A stretch of DNA of 45,355 nt from Sphaeroforma arctica JP610 (Eukaryota): positions 64,048-109,402 of the forward strand of contig NW_014040331.1 of assembly GCF_001186125.1 (NCBI RefSeq), in the 5' to 3' direction. Under the pieces are notes generated by a model that saw only the letters and a program-made list of their open reading frames with translations, ran no database searches and had not been told where the DNA came from. This document shows, piece by piece, positions 13,044 through 24,235 of this stretch. The stretch's first letter is position 1. Each line of letters starts with the position of its first letter. A program made the position numbers and the translations under genes.

Positions 13044-15174
13044 TACGCATATGCATATACATGTGCAAACACATACGGACACAGACACAAACACAGACAC
13101 AGACACAGACACAGACACAGACACAGACACATACACATACACACACGCAATTCTCAGCATATACACACACTCGCACGAACACACACACCTCACTATATAC
13201 GCTGCCGTAGCTGAAGATGCCGCTGCGATCTCTGCTGAACTGTTGGTGCGCCTGTCGCACCTGCTGTTCCGCACTTCTCGGACTGATATTCCTCCCCTGC
13301 GGGCTCCCCCCGCCAATCATTTCCCCCAGTTGCTCGTTGCCATGGTTACCCCTGGGAATGGGGCTGGATGTGAGGTGGGTTACCATACCCCCCACACCCG
13401 TCCGCGTGCTGTTGTTAAGTTTGCTCCCCAAACTCAGGATACGCTTTGCCGATGGGCCTGGCAGAGAGAGAGTGTGTGCGCGTTGTTGTTGTTGTGAGGC
13501 TGCGCGTGTCTGGTCTCCTCCAGACAGCTGCGTGGACAAGTGAGGCGCTTCTGATTGGCGCTGAGAAGAGATACCGAACATCTCGGCTGTGTCGGACGGA
13601 AGTTTCTGTGCTGTTGCCATTGGGGAATGATAGTATATAGGTAAATCACACTATGGTATAAGCCAATGGTGGATGTGTTACAAGTATGTAGGTAAATCAC
13701 ACTACATTATAAGCCAATGGTAGATGTGATACAAGTATGTAGGCAAAACACACTATGTTATAAGTCAATGGTGGATGTATTGCAAGTATGGAGGTAAGCT
13801 CATGAGTATTACCGCGTCCACACAAACACATACGCGTGGGCGTTGCGAATAAAACATGTGCTCACATACACACATACACACACACACACATGTATGAATG
13901 AGACTACACACACGCATGTATGCATGAGATTACACACACACACACATGTATGCATGATACTGCACACACACATGTATGCATGATACTACACACACATATG
14001 TATGTATGAGACTACATACACACATGTATGCACGAGACTACACACACACGCTGTGCCGACAAAGAGCTTGGCAATACATAGACACTAGTCCATCCGCAGA
14101 TGAGTCTACAATGACACAGGATATGAGCCACAACCAAGTGCACTATACAGCACTCGAATAACTACACGAATGAAATAAAGTCCACACTCTTACCTACACG
14201 CAGTGGTGCACACGCTCTGAACTACTTGTACCAACAAGCGAGTACAAATACAGCTCATACCTATGGACACATACAGACGTATAGTCTACCGGATACACAT
14301 GTGCACACACGTACAGTCCAATAAAAATGCACATGTACGCCCATGTAGTCCAATAGATTTACATATGTACATACTTATAGTCCAATAAAAATGCACATGT
14401 AGACACATATAATCCAATATATATAAATGTGTGTACGTACATATAGTCTAATAAATATACACATGTACACACATATAGTCCAATATATATACACATGTAC
14501 ACCATATAACTCAATGAATATTCACATATGTACACATATACTTCTATGAACTGGCCCCTGCCCCCCCCCCCCACCACACTGAGTAAGAATCTTACACAGG
14601 TGCGACGATCTTGACGGCGATTGGCTCAGCGCTTCCAGAGTACTCCCGACGAGTAATCCCTCCGTTTGATTGGACGATCCTAGATCAGACTGTAAAGCAG
14701 GGGACTTCGAAGAATGCCCAGAGTTCTGTCTGTATTCGTATGGGGTTGAGAAATGGTTATATGAGCGATCGTATGTGTGTGTGCATGTTTGTATAATTGT
14801 AAGTGTATGTGAAAGTGAACGTGAAAGTAAAAGTGTAAGTGTAAGTGTATGTATAATGTATATGTATATGTGTATGTGTTTGCGCGGATATGCTGGTTCA
14901 CATGGGAGTGTCGTTGAGCTATCGTTTGCACAATCACGTGCATGAGTGTAATGGTCCGCATTCACCTACAAGGCTGTGCATTTGTGGTGCAAGCATCCAC
15001 ATGCTTACGATAGTGGCCGATCTCTTGAAGCAGAGTATCCTATTTTATATCTGTCACACTTACGATGAGGGGTCAATGTATGTATATACACACACGGAAA
15101 CACACACACACACACACACACACACCATACACGCACATTCGCAGCGGGACTCACAAGCATACTCACACAACTAT

Positions 15175-15206
<32 letters not shown>

Positions 15207-15594
15207 CATACACGCACACACTCACGCACACACCATACATGCACACACACACCATACACGCACATTCGCAGCGGGACTCACAAGCATACTCACACACAAA
15301 GTTCTTACCCGTAGCCCTACACCGATCCCCCACACAGGTGCGTTCTCATACGCTAACGCACGCACGATAATGCGGTCACACACACCCGCTTACACACACC
15401 ACAAGTATGTACAAGGACTACGGTACGTTGGGTTAGCACCCGGTGCCTGTTAAGGACAGCTGTGGTAGTATATGGTCGTAGGAAACACTCAAAGGTATAC
15501 AGACTTATAATTGCCCGTGTAGACACAGAGATACAGACACAAGCATGCGCTTCTTCTCACACACACAAAAAACACATGCGGACATGCGTACAAA

Positions 15595-15625
<31 letters not shown>

Positions 15626-18600
15626 AGATATATATACATATATATATATATACAAACACACAAGCACACCCAGCCGACATCTTCTCACACAACCACACAC
15701 CTCAACAAGTCACGATCGCGGTCGTCTCCCGGCCCGTCGTCAAAGTACAGTAGCTTATCACGCACCCGGGGCCGTTCCCTTTCACGCATCTCTCGCTCTC
15801 TCTCCAGACCCCCCTCATTGCCCCCCCCCGGCCCCCCAGCCCCATGCACACCTCCATTACCCGTGCGTAGGGGTGACCCTAGCACACTCAGCATCATGGC
15901 TAGGATCTGCCACGTGTTGGCTGTGGCGATCTCTCCACACGCCAACGCCACGTGCGCGTTGTGGTGGCACAGATCAGTCACCGACGTCAGCGCCGCGAGT
16001 GATTCGGGTGCTTGGCCGGGGTGTGAAGGGGCAGTGTCGGCAGCCGTGTCTGTGGTTTTAGTAGATATGCCTGTGGGTTTGCCTGGCCTATTACCCAGTG
16101 TGTGTGGGTGTGGGCCTGAGTTGCTCCCTGTGTGTGGGCTTTCGCTTACCCCGGGTAGGGGTGCGGTGCTCTCAGGGGGTTCGGGGGGTGTCTCGTTTGG
16201 CAGCGACAGCAGATAGTACCTGGCCATATAAGTGAACGGGTCCATTCCAGCCCTAAATGGCTCTCGGTCCCTCCCCGGGCCCTGTTTCTTCCCGGATGGA
16301 GGTGCATGCGTGTGTGCAGATACAGATACAGGCACAGGCGCAAAGGTACCCCCGTCTCTATCCCCGTCGTCATCCAGCGTGCTGCCCCCCTCTGGCTCGT
16401 TGAGCATGTGTGTCTTAATCAGAGGGTTGACCTCATACGGTGTGGGTGTAGGTATTGTGATGAGTTTGTTCTCCGTTTCGGCCCGCAGAATGCCCCTGGA
16501 GCTCCCCATGTTCGCCATTGTGTTCATAGATCGGTTAAAATAGCCCTTGGATGCCGCCGAAAGCGCGTCGGTTGCCATGGCAACGGGCTCTGGGGATATG
16601 TCTGGTTCTATGGACACCTTGCCGTACACCACGCACACGTTATCGTCCGTCCGCCAAGCCAGAGACGTCGACGGCACGTGATTGGCCGGTCTCTCGGCCT
16701 ATATAATATATGAATATGTAAATAATTCTATATATTATATGAATATATGAATCTGTAATTATGTAAATGTATATACGTATGTATTGAATAAATCAGAATC
16801 AATGGATAGTTAATAGGTAAAGCTAAAAGAAGGAGTACATGCATACCCCCTTTATTTCATTGTAAACATATACATGTGAAAGACTGGCAGCGGGCAGTAG
16901 GGACAGTTGCATATGCATCGTAGTTGCAGCATAGAAGACATACGGGTGCAAGGCCAGTGTGGGGTAGTAGAGAGAGCATGTCCATGCGTAGTACCACACA
17001 ACAGGAAACACGTGCATGTGCGACTAGTTATCAAGACGTGTGGTGTAAGCTCGTCGCATGAGACAGAGGGAACGGCTCTCTATGAACCAGTGCGGAAGGG
17101 GCAGCCATAGTACTGGTTAAAGTGGACGTGAGATAAAGAACGCCCAGAAGAAGAAAGGAAGAAGATAGAGCTATGTAACATGGAGACAGACGGTATGCAT
17201 GGCACTACCCTTATAGTAGATGACACACGGGTGAAACACCAAGATATGGCGTTTGTATGGAGAACACATGCGTAGTACCAGACAGGGAATATCCAAACTA
17301 CTGGCTAATGATCAAATAATACGGAAGGCACACATATACACAACCTTCCCCTTCCCCGATGCTCAATTAAGACACACACACGGGTGAAAAGCCTAAACCA
17401 CGTACAGGCAAACCAGCACCCATAAGGTATGGTCTGGAAGCATCTGTACACTCCGACGAGCATAAACGACGAACTGGTTAGAGACTTGCTCAAATAAATA
17501 GTACGCAGATCAGTTCCTGCGCATACGCATTCGTGATACCTACTCTACAGCTAGGCCGGTTGAAACGAAAACGTATAAACGTACCCGCGTGTGCTCGTGT
17601 GTAGCAACCGAAATCAGAATACGCGTAGACTTAGTCTCTATCGAATATGCATGCAAGTAGGAGCCATGTACACATATATACACACAAGAGTAGTACGAGT
17701 TACGTACACAGAGATAGGTGCATACACCTGACCCGCGTACAAGCACAGTCGTGTGGGCGTGCGTGGTGTGATGTAACGCCAACTACACCACTTGAAGCTG
17801 ACCTTGGTATAGTGATGCACTAACATCTGCTTGTCCTTGGACACCGACACCAGCGAGTTGCCTTCTCCGTTGACGTGCCATTCCATACCTACCAGCTTGA
17901 CAATAGTCCACAAGTTTAACGTCTATGAGATACGCTAATACGACAAAAGGGGTGGGATGAGGGTGGAGGGGACATGCAGACATCTGAAACACACCCAAAC
18001 CGACCGGACACATATCCAAATTGAGATTCGTTTACTGCGCACACTAGCCGCTACACGTTAAATCCTCATAAAACCGAGTTCGTTTGAACCAATGGAGGGC
18101 ACGCTCACGCATATGTCCTGGACACTGTCCTTACACACAGGTGTGAAGCATCTGCCTACGATTGCACTTCGGGTTCTTTACACAAGGCTATACCAGCGAG
18201 TGTGACCCTGAAAACCCAAATGTGAACCAGAAATGACAGCAACCATGTATATATCAATCGCAAACTATTCTGCAACTTACCTACATATACAGATACACAT
18301 ATGTTAGACAAGTACGCAAACTATCTACAACGTATCTGATACTCATGTGTCAAAGGACGTACAGTACCGGCCGGCAACATGCCCCCCCCTCATTCTCACC
18401 ATCCAAATCCATAAAACACACAATGAGATCACTAGACAGACGCATTCTAATTAATATTCATGAGGATATGGATTGTTAAGTGTCCACGCCATCTGACACC
18501 ATCCACACACGTACCTATCACCTGACACCATCCACACACATACCTGTCACCTGACACAATCCACAGACATATAACACACATTGAGATCACTAGACAGATG

Positions 18601-19423
18601 CATTCTAGTTAACATCCGTGAGGATAGGGTTTTTTAACGTACCTATCACCTGACACCATCCACACACATACCTATCACCTGACACAATTCACAAACATAT
18701 AACACACAATGAGATCACTAGACAGATGTATTCTAATTAATATACAAGAGGATAGGAATTGTTAGTGTCCACGCCATGTGACACCATCCACACACGTACC
18801 TATCACCTGACACCGTTCACACACGTACCTGTGACAAGATCACTGTTCCGTGTGAAGGACGCAGTGGGGATGAACGGACGCCTCAAGTCCCACACATGGA
18901 TGCTGTGGGAATGATACGAGAAGAGATGTGAACACATGGATGCTGTGGGAATGGTACAGAGAAGAGATGTGAACACATGGATGCTGTGGGAATGATACAG
19001 AGAAGAGATGTGAGACTTAGTTGAGATCAGGCTAACACAGGTAGTAAATGGGATAAGTTGATGCGTTTCATTGTGATCATAGCAGTTGGCTAGTAAGTGA
19101 GTGCCCCACTAAGGTATTCCCACAAGACAAGTGCATATAATAAACACAAATGATATTCTAGACAATTGCACCGTTCTATTTAAAGAATACTCACCTATTA
19201 TACCAACCTACTAAACCTACCTATTATCGGTGACAAGAGCACAACTGGCTATCTGGTATCTGTGTTTGGGTCGCCAGTGCACACGGCACACCGACGCAAT
19301 GGTCTGCACGGATGCCAAGCACTCCCCTCCCGAGTTGGCCGCACGGTGAGATCCTCCCGTCCGCCAAATCTGTTATATATACACACACATTTTATATATA
19401 TATATATGAATACATACGTAGAG

Positions 19424-19468
<45 letters not shown>

Positions 19469-20099
19469 GATTGTCATGTGAAGAGCAATACTATAATCCA
19501 CGAAAGTATTTGGTGTTGTGTGAGACTTACGGATATATGGTACAAGAGGAAAATCGGATTCTGATGTATTCGCGGTTGCCCGTTTTTCTACATAAAGCTT
19601 ATGTAGCACTTCATGCGTAGTCAAAGGTCTCAGTGTGTTTCTTTAGAACAAGCACTAACTGCTGTATAGCACGCACCAGAATATACTGACTTACAATTCA
19701 AACACTCTACCTACATGTCAAAACAAGCGCATATCCTTATACTCGTATACAAACCTTGATAACCCTGTCTCTGCCTCCACTCGCCAGCACACTCCGATCT
19801 TCGGGATGCCAATTGATGCAGAACGTTGGTCCCTGGTGCGCCGCAATGCGAGATTCCCACGTGGTGGGCATACGAATGTCCCACACTTGCACTGACCCGT
19901 TCTCAAAGGCAGCTGTGGGGGCGAAAGAGGTGAGCAAACGTTTGTGCGAGTGCATACTTTGTATACTTGCGGGTACAGGTACAGGTATATTTATATATAT
20001 ATGTCCACAGAAACAACACACCCACACACCCACACCCACACACCCACCCACACACACATATATATATAGATTAAACTATAGATATGGATATAAAACACG

Positions 20100-20136
<37 letters not shown>

Positions 20137-23100
20137 TGTCTATGCTGTTCAGTGACGACTATACAGTGACAGCTGTAATGTTCTTCAACATCATTATAAT
20201 ATACAGATACACACGCTGCGAGTACGTCTCCGATCTCTCGATATTTGATTTGAGCAGTAATTTGCCAAGGTTACACTGACCAAGCGGTAAGACCGTACAT
20301 AAACATACGTAAAATATATATATATATATATATATATATGGAGTAATACCACCGAATGACCTGCTGAGTTGGACAGGCAACGCACACACAGGTATGTACA
20401 CTGTTGAGCATCGATACATGAAGGGTCTGACTGTGAACTGGTATAACATTCACCACCTACTTTGATATACGATGCAAACAGCAGTCAGGAAAGTCACAAA
20501 ATAGCCATTCCGATACATCGCTTTCCGATGTAGGGTTTAGGGTTTATAATCAGTAGCGCCATACCTGCAAATGTGGTGCCATTGTGGGGGTTGAAGCCTA
20601 CATCGCGCACGCTCTCGGCTCGTCCTTCAAAGGAATGTATGTGATTATTCTTGGTTCTCAGATCCCACAGTTTCATGGACCCTGTATGTGGGTACGGAAA
20701 ACGAAGAATGATACACACAGTAACAACAAATCCAGTGAATAGCAGCGGTAGTAATATAGGCGTTGGAACAGAAGCTCGGAAACTGTATGTAGGTACGGAA
20801 AAAGAAGAATGATACACACAGTTACAACAAATTCAGTGAATAGCAGCGGAAATAATATAGGCGTTGGAACAGAATCTCAGAAACTGTATGTAGGTGCGGA
20901 AAAAGAAGAATGATACGCACAGTATCAACAAATTCAGTGAATAGCAGCGGTAGTAATGTAGGCGTTAGAAATGGGAACAGAATGTCCAAAACGGCGATAC
21001 GTATTTGCTTGGCCGCCGAACGAGAACGCGCACTACTCTAATTTAGGAGTGGTATCATTCCGATTTTTTTTTAAAATCATCAGCAGAAGCCAGAAACAGA
21101 TGTAGAGCAAACGGACATGGACTGACTTGCTCTCTAGCACGAAGACTCTTGTCCCGGAGATAGTTTGGGCGTCAACTGCACCTGTTCTTCGAGAGGCTAT
21201 AGTATGACCACAGCTGTGCCATCTAGATATATATATATATATAGCACACACAACAAATCATCTCAATATAAATAGCACACACAACAAATAATCTCAATAT
21301 AAATAGCACACACAACAAATCATCTCAATATAAATAGCACACAACAAATCATCTAAATATAAATAGCACACACAATAAATATTCTAAATATAAAGAGAAC
21401 ACACAGCAAATCATCTCAATATAAATAGCACACACAACAAACCAGAACGACCCAAATACGCAAAACGTTGCAATTCCAGCCCACGGCAAAGCAGCACCAC
21501 AAACCACCGAGCGCACAGTTACGCTGAACCCATTAAATCCCAGTGAAAGCCACTTCTACGCAATATCCCCAGTACATATAGATAGATATGCCACACGTAC
21601 ACAATACGTATACGTATCAGGTCTCCTTCATTGCTTACCGTCCTGTGATCCGCTCAGCAGCGTGTGACACACAGACACAATACGTATACGTATCAGGTCT
21701 CCTTCATTGCTTACCGTCCTGTGATCCGCTCAGCAGCATGTGATGTTCCAACGCATTGAACCGCACACGATGCACTGACCTCCCGTGCTCTTTGATTATC
21801 CGGGCTGCAAGTAAACGATGAACGAGCAAACGGTGCAAATTGAGACCTTTGCGCGTACTACGTAGTTCCGAGTCCTTGTCAACGTTCAAGTTATGAGTAT
21901 ATACGCCGTTTGCTATGTACGAGTATACATATGCAAGTTCGTTAACATGATAGTAGCACAGAATGGGGCATTACGATGACTAAGGTGTACGACAAACCGG
22001 TGCCATTAGAATTTGCACTCCAGCGGAGCATGAAGGCTATCATGACCAATGGAAATGGCTCTTACCCGTTTTCTTGACATCTGCCAAATTGAGATCCCAA
22101 AGCACTATGGCGCCGTTGCTTGCCGCAGTAGCTATCCAATTGCCACATGCTACAGAATGAGGATGAATTAAAAATTCAGAACCAACCACATAAGGCTTAA
22201 CAGACAAGTGCGCTAGAAGGTCGCAAATTTTCATCCCGATTTAGACACGAAGATATACTAGCCCATCCCCTAGCTGTTGGGTTCATAATTGATGCGTGCA
22301 TACGACGCACCATACTTCCGAGTGAAATGGCAGTTTTGTATGCACTACACCACAATACACACCATACGTAGAGGTGAAATGTTGAATTTAAATTTCGTAT
22401 ACCACAAACCCATTTCAAAACTTTGTATTCTGTAAACCCATCCTTACATGAACAAGCGCGTAGATTCTGGCTATACTCTACTTTACCAGGGAGATGTATT
22501 GTTTGTAATACACACTGTCGTATATGAGCGGTCAATACCTTATGTCTATGTCTAACCCTTCATATATATAGCCCAGTCATACAAACGTGTGTAGCTCAGC
22601 CAAGCAAACGCACGCACACAGACATGCATGGCACGCACAACCGAGTACTCAGAATCTGGGGTTCCTCAATTTCAGGCATAGACAATGGTTTACCATGCAA
22701 TATGGGTATTGCTTTGAGCTGTCCTTGGCAGTTGCAAATATTCTAACCAAATAGTGAAGCACATTTGACTGTAACTGCAATAAACATGCACTTACTAGAA
22801 TGCATTAGTAGCTATAAGCGGTATCTAGTATGTACACGGAGATATAGACTCAAACTATGTATGAGTGTATAGTATGTCATTACGTATAAGGCATATGTAA
22901 ACATACAGGGATGGAGAAACTATGTATGAGAGTATAGTATGTCATTACGTATAAAGTATATATGAACATACAGGGATGGGGAACCTATGTATGAGAGTAT
23001 AGTATGTCATTACGTATAAAGTATATATGAACATACAAGGATGGGGATGCCAATCCACGTCGTAACTGCTGTAGTTGAGATGCTTGCGCATCACACGCAG

Positions 23101-24092
23101 ATTCTGTGACGGGTGGCACTCGTCTCTGGACAGGTCGATGATCTGCAACACTGTGGTGCGCAATACGAAGGTTAGATAAGTGTATACAGACAGACATGTC
23201 TATGCTGCAATAGGAAAGGTTAGAGGAGTGTTTACAGACAGACATGTCCATGCTGTGTTTCGGAAGTCTTGTCATCAACAGCTGTGTGACAAACCTAAGC
23301 CAAACCCAACACTGTACTTTTTGCTGTTTTGTTTTTGGATTTCCCCTTTTGATACTATACAGCGTTGCTGGAAGACGTGGCATGCTTCATTAAAAGGGTG
23401 CGGGGTTAATGGAAACCAGTCTGTTCACATAAAAGGTCTGAGTGCATCACCATAAACCACAACAATACTTATAGACTGACCCACGCCTCTAAGCCAGATG
23501 ATCAATTTCCTATGCAGTGAACCAGGACTAGCTTGTGGTGTATCCGACATGTAGACATACACCCTCGCACTCGCGAATGAGAGCTCATGCCGTGATGGGG
23601 CTCGGTCTGTCACCAAAAAATGCTCACAGTCTCATTTCAATGTGCAACGTGTATCTAACGGAATTCGTACTCGGTACAAGGAAGAACCACTACTTAGTTG
23701 TCCACACTACGCACACAAAGTTATACATATACAAGGCTATACATATACAAGGATAATCAAGCAAGATCCCACTCGACTCAGAGAACATAACTATCTCAGG
23801 GGATATCGCACAATCCGAGACCACTACTACGTACTATCACTACCGCCGACGTACAACCCGTCATAGATAGGTCACACTGTGGATACAATCACAAGCACTA
23901 ACAAGGCAAACACAGCAGAACAACACGCCAAAGCGTGCGACGGCAGCGTAGATACAACTCAGATAGATACATTAGCATGGTGTCAACACTACGCATCCTC
24001 AATACGTATAAAGGTACCGTCTAGACATACACACAGACCTCGAATGGCATTACAATATACGACACCGACCGAAATATATATACATAAATATA

Positions 24093-24141
<49 letters not shown>

Positions 24142-24162
24142 CCTATTTATATATATATACAT

Positions 24163-24235
<73 letters not shown>

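Noticed and set aside
15462..16713. Long + strand ORFs overlapping WDR24 exon 11, and antisense ORFs over the ATPase and RT
   Set aside because: Shadows of GC-rich coding sequence on the opposite strand, with no motifs.
20531..20545. Telomere-like tagggtttagggttt (also near 40645)
   Set aside because: Only two units, expected by chance.
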